Below are positions 17,340 to 26,713 of a DNA stretch of 64,000 nt, piece by piece. How positions within the stretch are numbered: the first letter of the stretch is position 1; every line of letters starts with the position of its first letter. Below the pieces are notes generated by a model. That model saw only the letters and a list, made by a program, of their open reading frames with translations. It searched no databases and was not told the DNA's origin. Made by a program: the position numbers and the translations under genes. The stretch comes from Anaerolineae bacterium (lineage in GTDB: Bacteria; Chloroflexota; Anaerolineae; Aggregatilineales; Ch27), in NCBI GenBank assembly GCA_013178165.1, contig JABLXG010000007.1:7168-71167 (forward strand), read 5' to 3'.

Positions 17340-19574
17340 TTATGAGCCGCGCGCCTGCTTCAACCGGAAGTATGCTTCCATCGTGTCGCGCACAACCGGC
17401 AATGCCACTAGCGATCCTTCGCCGCCGTTATAGACAAAGGCGATGATGATCACTTCCGGGTTTTCATAGGGTGCATACGCCACAAACCAGGCGTGCGCTG
17501 GCCAGTTGCCGGGGACGCACAGTCCCAGCGGCCGGGCGATATCATCACAGTATTCAGCCGTGCCGGTCTTGCCCGCTACCTCCACGTATGGCAGCGCGGC
17601 CTTCATCCCGGTGCCATTGATGATGGTCTCGCGCATGCCCCGCTGAACGATGGCAAGGGTTTCCGGGCTGACAAATGGCGGAAGGTAATCCGGGTTGAAT
17701 TGTGTCCGGTCGCAAACGCCGCCATTGAAGACATAATTGCGCGGCACATTGACCGTGTACGGGATCGTTTCGCCCTGCCAATCAAGCGTAGCCCGGTAGT
17801 TCTGCGGATCACAGCGGGCCGGATCGTAGAAGGGGCTATCCGGCTCACACCGGCAGACCAGACTGTTCTGCCCCTGAATGATCATGTCCTCCTGCATGAA
17901 CAACACGGCATCCTGGCCAGGGGGTGGCTTGACTAACGTGCGGTTGACGTGCGGCGTGAAACCCTCCAGGACGTTGCCCTCGCCATCCAGAAAGCTATGG
18001 ATGATCGTTGGCTGGTAGACCGTCCCACCATTGGCAATCGCTGCCACAGCGTTGACCAGCTGCAGTACCGACGTCACCACATATCCCTGCCCGAAGGCTG
18101 CGTTATAGGTATCGCCGGTTGACCAGTTCTCACCGTAGGTGCGGCGCTTCCAGTCACGATCGGGCATCCGCCCGGCGATCTCGCCAGGCAATTCGATACC
18201 CAGTTCGGAGCCAATACCGAAGGCAGTAGCATAGCGGTACAGATTATCGATCCCCAGACCGCCGGGTTTGAGCGCTGCCGGCGAAACTTCCGGGTTGCCG
18301 CCGCCGACCTGGTAGAAATACACGTCACAACTCTGGGCAATAGCCTGTATCATGGCCAGCCGCCCGTGCCCGGACCGCAACCAGCACACAAAGGTCTGGG
18401 AAGCTGCCGGATCATTGGGGGCGTAACTGTTCGGCAGCACCAGCCGCCCGGGATCAGAGAGTTCGGTGTTGACGTCGATGACACCTTCTTCCAGAGCGCC
18501 TACTGCCGTGATCAGCTTCCAGACAGAACCGGGTGGGTACAGGGACTGGATGGCATGGTTGATCAGCGGCAGCAGCGGGTTGTCGAACAGCTGGAAGTAG
18601 TATTCGCCGTCAATACTCCGCGCGAAGCGCTGGTTGTCATACGAAGGCCAGCTGACCATCGCCAGCACTTCACCTGTCTGCGGATTCATAGCAATCACCG
18701 CACCCGATTGCGTGATCACCTTGCCCGCTTCACTGTTGACGATATTGATCCGGCGAGTTAACGCCTCTTCCGCGGCCTGCTGCAACTCCAGATCAAGTGT
18801 CAGCCGAACGTTGCGACCCGGAATCGGATCCTCCTGCTGGACCACGCGCAGCGGTAGCCCAGCGACATCGACCTCCCGCAGGCGGCTGCCCCGCCGCCCA
18901 GCCAGTTCGTTTTCCAGGAAGAACTCCACCCCGGCGTACCCGATGCGGTCAAAGGCCGGATTGTAGCCCTGCTCCTGTAGCGCCTCGGCTTCCTCCGCCG
19001 GGATCGGCCCCAGATAGCCGATGATCTGCGAGGTGGTTGTGCCGGAGGGATACTCGCGCACCGCCGCGACCTCGATCCCCACACCGGGCAACAGCAGGCG
19101 ATCCTCCAGGATGCGCAGGGCGACATTGCGCGGCACGTCCTGCGCCACGATGACCGGCCGGTACGGCTCGATACCAGCGCCCTCCTCGACCATCCCTTCC
19201 AAGCTACGCTGGTTGAACCGGCCGGTTGCCTCGGCAGCGGCGCGGGTCGGGGGCACATCGATCAGGGCGGATAGCCGGTTGTAGATGGCCAGTGCCGCTT
19301 CATCGTCCTCAGGGATTGCCGCCGGGACGATCGTGACATTGAAAGCAGGCACGTTGAGGGCCAGCGGTGTTCCGTTCCGGTCATAAATCACACCGCGGGA
19401 CGCGGGAATGGGGAGCAGTTGGAGACGGTTTTCCTCGGCCTGCAGCGTCCAGATCTCCGCCTGTACAAACTGCAGATCATAGAGCCGGATCAGCAGGATC
19501 AGGAAGGAGAAGAAAACAATCGCACCGAAAAAGGTCAGCCGCCAACCCTGGAACGGCAGGATAATCCTTCGCAT
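17340..19574 (-). CDS. mrdA: Penicillin-binding protein 2 (elongasome D,D-transpeptidase)
   Basis: N-terminal TM anchor followed by a PBP dimerisation domain (RGVIYDRNGTPLA). Transpeptidase motifs PPGSVWK (SxxK), a probable SxN in WSTGDTYNAAFGQGY, and AGKTGTAEY (KTG). Confidence 0.9.
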   Translation of the reverse strand: MRRIILPFQGWRLTFFGAIVFFSFLILLIRLYDLQFVQAEIWTLQAEENRLQLLPIPASRGVIYDRNGTPLALNVPAFNVTIVPAAIPEDDEAALAIYNRLSALIDVPPTRAAAEATGRFNQRSLEGMVEEGAGIEPYRPVIVAQDVPRNVALRILEDRLLLPGVGIEVAAVREYPSGTTTSQIIGYLGPIPAEEAEALQEQGYNPAFDRIGYAGVEFFLENELAGRRGSRLREVDVAGLPLRVVQQEDPIPGRNVRLTLDLELQQAAEEALTRRINIVNSEAGKVITQSGAVIAMNPQTGEVLAMVSWPSYDNQRFARSIDGEYYFQLFDNPLLPLINHAIQSLYPPGSVWKLITAVGALEEGVIDVNTELSDPGRLVLPNSYAPNDPAASQTFVCWLRSGHGRLAMIQAIAQSCDVYFYQVGGGNPEVSPAALKPGGLGIDNLYRYATAFGIGSELGIELPGEIAGRMPDRDWKRRTYGENWSTGDTYNAAFGQGYVVTSVLQLVNAVAAIANGGTVYQPTIIHSFLDGEGNVLEGFTPHVNRTLVKPPPGQDAVLFMQEDMIIQGQNSLVCRCEPDSPFYDPARCDPQNYRATLDWQGETIPYTVNVPRNYVFNGGVCDRTQFNPDYLPPFVSPETLAIVQRGMRETIINGTGMKAALPYVEVAGKTGTAEYCDDIARPLGLCVPGNWPAHAWFVAYAPYENPEVIIIAFVYNGGEGSLVALPVVRDTMEAYFRLKQARGS

Positions 19575-19605
19575 AGCACAGGCTCCAGCGGCCCGGCCAT
19601 CACCT

Positions 19606-20121
19606 TCATAGCCGCCGCTGGCGGTCGTCCAGTGGACGCGGACGCCGTGACGGGGAAAGACCTGCCAGCAGGTGATAGACCGGAACCATCAACACCAGAT
19701 TATAAACCGCCGTCGGCACAGTCACATACATCAGTAACGCCGGGATCGGCAGCGGTCGCCCGACCAATAGCAGACTCACCAGCACAACAACGTGATACAG
19801 CGCCGTTGCGCCAGCGGCCAGCAACGGCGGGATCACCAGATTACGCGGGGCATTCCGGCCAACAATCAACGCCACTGCGCCAATCGTTGTGACCAGCGCC
19901 AGCGAGGTTACCCCCTCCGGCACTGCGGAGACCAGGTCATGCAGCAGGCCGCCCACAATGGCCCATACAACGCCACGCTCGAAGCCCTGCAGCAGGCTGT
20001 ACCCCAGCACCAGCAGGAACAGCAGATCCGGCGCCCCGCCAGCAATGCGCAACTCCGGCAACACCGTAGCCTGAATCACGACGGCCAATGCCAGCACGGG
20101 AATACTCAGATACCCACCCAT
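19606..20121 (-). CDS. mreD: Rod shape-determining protein MreD
   Basis: 171-aa polytopic membrane protein with an MreD-like N-terminus (VVIQATVLPELRIAGGAPDLLFLLVL). It sits between mreC and mrdA. Confidence 0.8.
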   Translation of the reverse strand: MGGYLSIPVLALAVVIQATVLPELRIAGGAPDLLFLLVLGYSLLQGFERGVVWAIVGGLLHDLVSAVPEGVTSLALVTTIGAVALIVGRNAPRNLVIPPLLAAGATALYHVVVLVSLLLVGRPLPIPALLMYVTVPTAVYNLVLMVPVYHLLAGLSPSRRPRPLDDRQRRL

Positions 20122-20141
20122 CGATCGGCTCCGCTGGGGGT

Positions 20142-20975
20142 CTAGCCCGGTCTTTCAAACACGGACAGATCTACGGGCTGGAAGTTGGTGATGACCAGCA
20201 CCGTCTCCAGGCGGTCAAAGTCGTTCAGGCTACGAATTTCCGCCTCCTGAAACAACTCAAACTGGAACTGGCGAATGCTGGTCACCTGGCCGATGATGAT
20301 CCCCTCCGGGAAGTTCCCACCCAGGCCGGAAGTTACGGCCGTATCACCTTCCTGCAGAGTCGCGTTCAGATCGATATAGGTCATCCGCAGGCCGCCCGCC
20401 TGCCCCAGCACACTACCTTCAGCGCGGGAATTCAGCAGGCGAGCATTCACGGCGCTGATCGGATCCGTGATCAGCAACACCTGGGCGGCATTCGCACTGA
20501 CCTGGGTGACCCGACCCACCAGACCCTTTTCTGTAACCACCGGCATCCCTTCAGTCACGCCATCGCGGGCACCGCGGTTGATGAAGATCACGCGGGTGAA
20601 AGCGCTAATGTCGCGGCCAATGACATCAGCCACCAGGTATTCCTCATTCTGGCGGGCGCGGGTGTATTCCAGCAATGCGGCGATACGGTCGTAGTCGTGG
20701 CGGATCTCGCGCAATTCTACGATCTCCGCCTGGTATGCCGCCAGCGCGGCCTCCAGGCTACGATTACGCTCCTCAAGCTGCTGGATGGTCAGGATATCTT
20801 CTGCCAGCCCGCTGGTACGCATGACCAAGCCGTTGGCAATGCCTTCCACCCACTGGAGGGGAACCGCCAGCAGGTTACCCACCGGGGCAGTCAGGCCTGC
20901 CACGCTCAGCGCAATCAGGATTCCGCACAGGACGACGCTGATCACAAACAGCAGCAGGCGGTTTGAACGATACAT
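20142..20975 (-). CDS. mreC: Rod shape-determining protein MreC
   Basis: N-terminal TM helix, a coiled coil (QQLEERNRSLEAALAAYQAEIVELRE), and MreC beta domains (INRGARDGVTEGMPVVTEKGLVGRVTQV and GDTAVTSGLGGNFPEGIIIGQV). Confidence 0.9.
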   Translation of the reverse strand: MYRSNRLLLFVISVVLCGILIALSVAGLTAPVGNLLAVPLQWVEGIANGLVMRTSGLAEDILTIQQLEERNRSLEAALAAYQAEIVELREIRHDYDRIAALLEYTRARQNEEYLVADVIGRDISAFTRVIFINRGARDGVTEGMPVVTEKGLVGRVTQVSANAAQVLLITDPISAVNARLLNSRAEGSVLGQAGGLRMTYIDLNATLQEGDTAVTSGLGGNFPEGIIIGQVTSIRQFQFELFQEAEIRSLNDFDRLETVLVITNFQPVDLSVFERPG

Positions 20976-21073
20976 AGACTCTGCCAGTGGAAATCCGGTA
21001 CACGATCCGGTGTCATCTGCCGTCAGCGCCGGCCACTCTGACGGCCGCTAACCGGCGAGCGGGGCCGCGCCAA

Positions 21074-22135
21074 TCAGTGTTGCGTGCTGCCACGCTCCAG
21101 GCCGACCAGCAACCGCCGCAGGTTGTCATAGTCTTCCAGAATGCGGCCAGCGCCACGCGCCACGCAGGTCATCGGATCGTCGGCCAGCCAGACCTTGATG
21201 TTCGTCTCCTCGGCCACGCGTTCCGTCAGGCTCTTGAGCTGGCTCCCGCCGCCCGCCATGCAGATACCGGATTCCATAAGGTCGGCGACCAGTTCGGGTG
21301 GTGTCGCGTCGAGTGCCTCTTTGATCGTGTTGACGATGATGCTCACCGAGCCAGCTAGCGCTTCCCGCAGTTCGATCGAACTGACTTCGATCGCTTCCGG
21401 CAAGCCGGTGACCAGGTTGCGGCCCCGCAGCGTGATCGTGCGTTCTTCCGGCAACGGATAGGCAGAGCCGATCTCGATCTTGGCCCGCTCCGCTGTGCGG
21501 TCGCCGATCAGCAGGTTGTATTTGTTGCGCATATATTGCACGATATCCTCGTCCAGCTCATCGCCCGCCACCCGGATCGAGCGACTGATTACGATCCCGC
21601 CGAGCGAAAAAACGGCCACTTCTGTAGTGCCGCCGCCGATATCCACGACCATAGAGCCGTGTGTCTCGGTAATCGGCAGCCCGGCGCCGATAGCCGCGGC
21701 AACCGGCTCCTCGATCAGGAAGGCTTCCCGCGCGCCAGCACTCATCGTCGCGTCGTAGACGGCCCGCTTTTCCACCTCGGTCACGCCGCTGGGAATCCCC
21801 ACCACCACCCGCGGACGGGGGACCGGCACCCAGGTCTGCTCATGGGCCTTGCGGATGAAGTAGTCAAGCATGGCCTCGGTGATGTCAAACTCGCTGATCA
21901 CGCCATCACGCAGCGGGCGGATAGCAACGATATTGGCCGGAGTCTTGCCAACCATCTCCTTGGCTTCACGCCCGATAGCCAGGGGACGGCGTGTTTTCTT
22001 CTCAATGGCAACGTAGGATGGTTCGTTAATGACAATGCCCTTCCCCCGCACACTGACCAGCGTGTTTGCCGTGCCCAGGTCAATGCCAATATCGAGGGAG
22101 AAAAGGCCAAGTAGCCAATCTAGTGGACTCAACAC
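21074..22135 (-). CDS. mreB: Rod shape-determining actin homolog MreB
   Basis: DIGIDLGTANTLV, VVGIPSGVTEVEKRA, MVVDIGGGTTEVAV and ICMAGGGSQL. The start is uncertain: GTG 22135 lies 12 nt after an AAGGAG, and ATG 22183 or 22207 are alternatives. Confidence 0.93.
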   Translation of the reverse strand: MLSPLDWLLGLFSLDIGIDLGTANTLVSVRGKGIVINEPSYVAIEKKTRRPLAIGREAKEMVGKTPANIVAIRPLRDGVISEFDITEAMLDYFIRKAHEQTWVPVPRPRVVVGIPSGVTEVEKRAVYDATMSAGAREAFLIEEPVAAAIGAGLPITETHGSMVVDIGGGTTEVAVFSLGGIVISRSIRVAGDELDEDIVQYMRNKYNLLIGDRTAERAKIEIGSAYPLPEERTITLRGRNLVTGLPEAIEVSSIELREALAGSVSIIVNTIKEALDATPPELVADLMESGICMAGGGSQLKSLTERVAEETNIKVWLADDPMTCVARGAGRILEDYDNLRRLLVGLERGSTQH

Positions 22136-22357
22136 AGTCGATTTAGTCTCCTTCACGTCGTGCAGGAAGACACGACTGGGCATTATAGCATACGGATCAC
22201 GGCCCAACTACTGCGCTCACCGCTGCGCCCTTCAATTTAAGCATCCTTTCATCTTCAGCAACAGTCACGATTCTATCCCGTTTTGTACCCAAAATCGCTT
22301 CTTCGCTTCGCACAACCCGGCCTCGACCTCCCCCCGCCCGTGCACTATACTGAAAAC

Positions 22358-23845
22358 ATGGACTTGCTTCCTGAATTTCTGAAAGCGCTGGCGCGTCACA
22401 GCCTACCCCGCCAATTAGCGATGGGCCGCCCGCTGGTGGTAGCCGTCTCCGGCGGTGCGGACTCGCTATGCCTGTTGCACCTGCTACACCGCGCCAGCCC
22501 GCAACTGGGCCTGCGGCTGCATATCGCCACCCTCGATCACGGTCTGCGCGGCGAGGACAGCCGCGCTGACGCCGAATTCGTGGCACAAACTGCGGCAGAC
22601 TGGGGCCTCCCGGCGACCTGTGAGCGCGTCGACGTCGCTGCGCTGGCCGCCCGGCACAACTTGAGCATTGAGGAAGCCGCCCGCCGCACTCGCTATTCAT
22701 TCCTGGCTCGCGTCGCCGCGGCCACAGGCGCGGCGGCCATTGCTCTGGGCCACACCGCCGACGACCAGGCGGAAACCATCCTTATGCATCTGATTCGCGG
22801 TAGCGGCCTGACCGGGCTGCGCGGCATGCAACCGGCTACGCCGTTGACCGCCGCCTATCTGCTGCCCGGCGACAGCCTGCCGCCCGGCCTGACGCTGCTC
22901 CGCCCGCTGCTGGGCATCTCCCGCGCCGCTACCCAAGCGTATTGTGACACCTTTGGACTGGCTGCCCGCCACGACAAAACCAATGCCGACCTGACCTACT
23001 TTCGAAACCGCATCCGCCATGAGGTCCTTCCCCTGCTGGAACGCCTGACACCCGGTATCCGGGAACGGTTGGCCCGGACCGCTGAAACCCTTGCCGCGGA
23101 CTATGCAGCGCTTGAAGCGCAATTCAGCGCGGCGCTGGCCACCTGCCTGGTCAGCCGCCGGGCCGATCGCATCATCCTGAGCCTCAGCCGTTTCCGCAGC
23201 GACGAGTATTGTGTAAGCAGCCAGCGCGGGATGTTACGGCTGGCGCTGCGCCAGCTGGCTCCTGCCGGGGGAGAGATCAGCTATCCGGCGCTGGAAAAGG
23301 CGCTCCGGGTGGCCCGCCAGGGCGTCACCGGCCAGCAGGCCGATTTACCCGGCGGCTTCCTGCTGCGCGTTGAGTATGACCACCTGATTTTGCAGCGGGT
23401 AGACGCTTTAACCTCACTTCCCGACTGGCCGCTACTCCAGCCGGGAATGCTTGTGCCGGTGGCTGTGCCCGGCTGTACCGCGCTGCCGGATTGCCCCTGG
23501 GCACTGGAGGTTCGCTGGCTGGCCCCCGATGAGAATCCGACGGCCTTCCACGGCCAGCCGCTGACGGCCACGCTGGCCATCCCACCAGGGACCTCACTGG
23601 CTTTGCGCACCCGGCAGCCTGGCGATCGCTTTCAGCCATTCGGGTTGGCCGGACAAACCCAGAAGGTCAAAGACTTCCTGATCAACGCTCGCATGCCGGC
23701 CGGCATCCGCGACCGCTTGCCGTTGTTGACCGCTGGTGGCGCAATCGCTTGGGTGATTGCCGGGCCGCACAGCCGGATTGCCCAGCCGTATGCGCTCACC
23801 GATCGCGCCCAGACGGCGCTCCTGCTGCGCTGGGAACGATTCTAA
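22358..23845 (+). CDS. tilS: tRNA(Ile)-lysidine synthase TilS
   Basis: PP-loop VAVSGGADSLCLLHLL, plus HLDHGLRGEDS-type and LGHTADDQAETILMHLIRGSG motifs, and a C-terminal TilS substrate-binding domain (RTRQPGDRFQPFG...K). ATG 22358 is preferred over 22283. Confidence 0.9.
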   Translation: MDLLPEFLKALARHSLPRQLAMGRPLVVAVSGGADSLCLLHLLHRASPQLGLRLHIATLDHGLRGEDSRADAEFVAQTAADWGLPATCERVDVAALAARHNLSIEEAARRTRYSFLARVAAATGAAAIALGHTADDQAETILMHLIRGSGLTGLRGMQPATPLTAAYLLPGDSLPPGLTLLRPLLGISRAATQAYCDTFGLAARHDKTNADLTYFRNRIRHEVLPLLERLTPGIRERLARTAETLAADYAALEAQFSAALATCLVSRRADRIILSLSRFRSDEYCVSSQRGMLRLALRQLAPAGGEISYPALEKALRVARQGVTGQQADLPGGFLLRVEYDHLILQRVDALTSLPDWPLLQPGMLVPVAVPGCTALPDCPWALEVRWLAPDENPTAFHGQPLTATLAIPPGTSLALRTRQPGDRFQPFGLAGQTQKVKDFLINARMPAGIRDRLPLLTAGGAIAWVIAGPHSRIAQPYALTDRAQTALLLRWERF

Positions 23846-23907
23846 AAGTCAATAAGCTATCCTAAATAAACTCATTAATTTGCAGTCATAGATAAAATGA
23901 AGTATAG

Positions 23908-23935
23908 TTAAGGTACCCTTGACGGCCTGTATATT
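23908..23935 (+). promoter_or_regulatory. Promoter candidate in an AT-rich island upstream of the response regulator
   Basis: TTAAGG (23908-23913), a 16-nt spacer, then TATATT (23930-23935), about 30 nt before ATG 23966. It is embedded in a roughly 120-bp stretch that is visibly AT-rich compared with the rest of the window. Confidence 0.4.
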
Positions 23936-23965
23936 AGCGACTAATGCAAAAGACGCCGAGAACCT

Positions 23966-24817
23966 ATGACTACAGATAACGAAACCGCCCACATTCTGGT
24001 CGTAGATGACGAAAGCGCCATCCGTTACTCCATCACCAAGACGCTGCAGCGTGTCGGCTACCAGGTTGACTCCGCGGCCAGCGGCGAAGAAGCGCTGGAG
24101 ATGATCGCCCGGCAGAACTATGACGTCATCCTGACCGACATCCGCATGCCTGGTATCAGCGGCGTGGAACTGCTGGCCCGCGTCCGGGAAAGTGCACCGG
24201 AGGCCATTGTCATCCTGCTCACCGGCTACGCCAGTCTGGATACCGCCGTGGAAAGCCTGCGGCTGGGCGCGCACGACTACCTGATCAAGCCCAGTTCCAG
24301 CCAGGACATCCGCGACAGCGTGGCGCGCGGCATTGAGCGTGCCCGCAACCTCAAGCGGCGGCGCGCCCTGCTGGATGCCATTCAAAACAACGTGGCTGAG
24401 CTAGCCCATGTCGCAGAGTCCAAGTCGCCCGCTGCCCGCGAAACGCCGACTGAGCCAGCACACGCCCCGGTCACTCCGATTGCGACACCGATCAACACCA
24501 TGACTCTGGGTCCGCTGACCATCTTCCCCGGTCGTTACCAGATCGCCATTGGCGAGCAGCCCATCGACCTGACGCCCACCGAATTTGACCTGCTGCTTTA
24601 CCTGGCCGTGCACCGTGGACGGGTTGTCCCCTGCCACGAGCTAGTGCGCGAGGTGCGGGGTTATTCCATCGACGAGCCAGAAGCGCGGGAAGTCATCCGC
24701 CCCCACATCAGTAATCTGCGCCGCAAGCTCAAGACCGCCGGCCAGGACCCGGACCTGGTGGTGAACATTCGCGGTATTGGCTACCGCCTGGCCGATCTGC
24801 CCGGCATGCAGGATTAG
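23966..24817 (+). CDS. OmpR/PhoB-family response regulator (receiver plus winged-helix DNA-binding domain)
   Basis: Receiver motifs ILVVDDE, DVILTDIRMPGISG, ILLTGY and YLIKP. A Pro/Ala/Thr-rich linker of about 45 aa. Trans_reg_C motifs LTPTEFDLLLYLAVHRGRVV, NLRRKL and IRGIGYRL. Confidence 0.9.
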   Translation: MTTDNETAHILVVDDESAIRYSITKTLQRVGYQVDSAASGEEALEMIARQNYDVILTDIRMPGISGVELLARVRESAPEAIVILLTGYASLDTAVESLRLGAHDYLIKPSSSQDIRDSVARGIERARNLKRRRALLDAIQNNVAELAHVAESKSPAARETPTEPAHAPVTPIATPINTMTLGPLTIFPGRYQIAIGEQPIDLTPTEFDLLLYLAVHRGRVVPCHELVREVRGYSIDEPEAREVIRPHISNLRRKLKTAGQDPDLVVNIRGIGYRLADLPGMQD

Positions 24818-24819
24818 CA

Positions 24820-26541
24820 ATGCCGCCCCGACCCGGACGCTGGCCGCCTGCGCCGGGCGTCTTGTTGCTGGTAGGGCTGCTGATCCTGCCGTGGCTCTGC
24901 GTGCCGCCTGTCCACGCTCAGGACGACGAGATCGATCGTCTGCTCGCCGGGATGTCCACCACTCAGAAGGTTGCCCAGTTGTTCATGGTCAGCCTGTGGG
25001 GGGAAGTCCTCACCCTGGACGGCGCTGACTTCCTGGCCAGCTACCCTCCCGGCGGCGTCATCCTGTTTGGCTACAACACCAGCACACCGGAACAGATCAC
25101 CCGCCTGACCAATGACATCCAGGCCGCGATCATTGCCCAGCCGGGCGCGGTCCCGGCCTGGATTGCCATTGATCAAGAGGGCGGCCCGGTTTCCCGACTG
25201 GCCACTGCAGAAGCAAACGCCTTTACTGCTTTCCCGGTCAGTATGGCCATAGCGGCTACCGGCGACCCAGCCTATGCGCAGAGCATCGGGCTGGCAACGG
25301 CGGAAGAGCTGCGCGCTGTGGGCATTACCATGAACCTCGCCCCGGTCGCCGATGTGGAGACCAACCCGGACAACCCTGTGATCTTCCGCCGCGCCTTCAG
25401 TGCCGATCCAGCGCTGGTTGGCGCCATGGCCGCCGCCATGATCCGGGGGCTGCAGGAGGGCGGAGTACTGGCCACCGCCAAGCATTTCCCCGGCCACGGT
25501 GACACCAGCGATGACTCTCACCTCACCTTGCCGGTCGTCCCGCACGATCGCGCCCGGTTGGACGTCGTAGAACTCGCCCCCTTCGGGCAGGCAATCGCCG
25601 CCGATGTGGGGGCGATCCTGGTCGCTCATGTCGCTTACCCTGCCCTTGACCCGGCGCCAGACACCCCGGCCAGTCTATCGGCGCCAATCGTCAGCGGTCT
25701 GCTCCGCCAGGAACTCGGCTTTGACGGCCTGATCATGACCGACGCCCTGGATATGGATGCCATCGACTTGCGCTACAGCCTGGCCCATGCTTCCCTGCTG
25801 GCGCTGCAGGCCGGCGCAGACCTGATCACGCCGGGACCGCACGTCAGCCTGGAGACACAGCAGGCGGCCATCGAAGCCGTGGTGCGCGCCGTCGAGGATG
25901 GCACCCTCCCGCTAGAACGGATCGAAGACTCGGTGCGGCGTATCCTGCGTCTCAAGACACAGTTCGGCGTACTGGACTGGTCGCCCCTGGACCCGGCAAC
26001 GGCCCGTCAGCGGATCAACCACGACACCCATGAACAACTGGTGTCGCAACTCCTCGCCGCCGCGGTGACACTGGCCTACGACCAGACGGGCGCCATCCCG
26101 CTGAGCACCGAGCAACACGTAGCCCTGATCTACCCGGCCACCCTGCCGAGTATCGCCCGCACCTGTGAAGCTTATCATCCTGCCCTGCGCTTTGTCGGCG
26201 TCTCGCTGGGGCCAACCGCGGAAGAGCGTAGCTGGGCGGTCGAGGCCGCGCGGGCGGCGGAAATCGTGATCGTCTTCACCATTGATGCAGCGCAGAATCC
26301 CGACCTGCAGGCCCTGGTCCACGCCCTGCCTCCGGAGAAGACTATCGCCGTGGCGCTTCGCTCCCCCTATGACTGGCAGCAATTCCCGGATATTGCCGGT
26401 TACATGGCCGTCTATACCCCCCTGCCCGCAGCCATTGATGCTGCCTGCGCGGCCCTGTTTGGCGCCCAACCGGTCACGGGCGTACTGCCGGTGAATCTTG
26501 GCCCGGCCCTCATGGCCGGCAGCGGCCTCCGCCTGCCCTGA
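24820..26541 (+). CDS. Secreted glycoside hydrolase family 3 (beta-N-acetylhexosaminidase/NagZ-like)
   Basis: Signal peptide LLLVGLLILPWLCVPPVHA-QDD. GH3 motifs IDQEGGPVSRL, KHFPGHGDTSDDSHLTLP and IMTDALDM, plus a C-terminal alpha/beta domain. The ATG lies 2 nt after the regulator stop codon. Confidence 0.85.
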   Translation: MPPRPGRWPPAPGVLLLVGLLILPWLCVPPVHAQDDEIDRLLAGMSTTQKVAQLFMVSLWGEVLTLDGADFLASYPPGGVILFGYNTSTPEQITRLTNDIQAAIIAQPGAVPAWIAIDQEGGPVSRLATAEANAFTAFPVSMAIAATGDPAYAQSIGLATAEELRAVGITMNLAPVADVETNPDNPVIFRRAFSADPALVGAMAAAMIRGLQEGGVLATAKHFPGHGDTSDDSHLTLPVVPHDRARLDVVELAPFGQAIAADVGAILVAHVAYPALDPAPDTPASLSAPIVSGLLRQELGFDGLIMTDALDMDAIDLRYSLAHASLLALQAGADLITPGPHVSLETQQAAIEAVVRAVEDGTLPLERIEDSVRRILRLKTQFGVLDWSPLDPATARQRINHDTHEQLVSQLLAAAVTLAYDQTGAIPLSTEQHVALIYPATLPSIARTCEAYHPALRFVGVSLGPTAEERSWAVEAARAAEIVIVFTIDAAQNPDLQALVHALPPEKTIAVALRSPYDWQQFPDIAGYMAVYTPLPAAIDAACAALFGAQPVTGVLPVNLGPALMAGSGLRLP

Positions 26542-26713
26542 CTGCAGCAGGGTATGTTATACTCCTGAGGCGAGGCGTCTCCTGGCAAGGCTGTTTGCCT
26601 GACCGGTGATTCGTTCCCGCAGCGACTTTTGGCCGATTGTGACGTAGTGATTCGCGGCGCAATAGCGCCATCCTCCGAACAGATCGTGCCCCGGCACTTG
26701 AGAGGGTCAAGAC

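Noticed and set aside
20088-20966. 292-aa ORF antisense to mreC, and the other antisense or alternative-frame ORFs across 14596..22114
   Set aside because: All lie inside well-supported mre/min/mrd genes on the minus strand, and all have junk composition.
23849-24385. 178-aa minus-strand ORF overlapping the response regulator gene
   Set aside because: It is antisense to a clear receiver domain, and its start would lie inside the regulator coding sequence. No motifs.
26690-26713. GGTCAAGAC just upstream of the clp-like gene, considered as a CtsR box; a CIRCE element was also looked for
   Set aside because: Only one half-site-like heptamer is present rather than a tandem GGTCAAA repeat. No TTAGCACTC-N9-GAGTGCTAA element is present.
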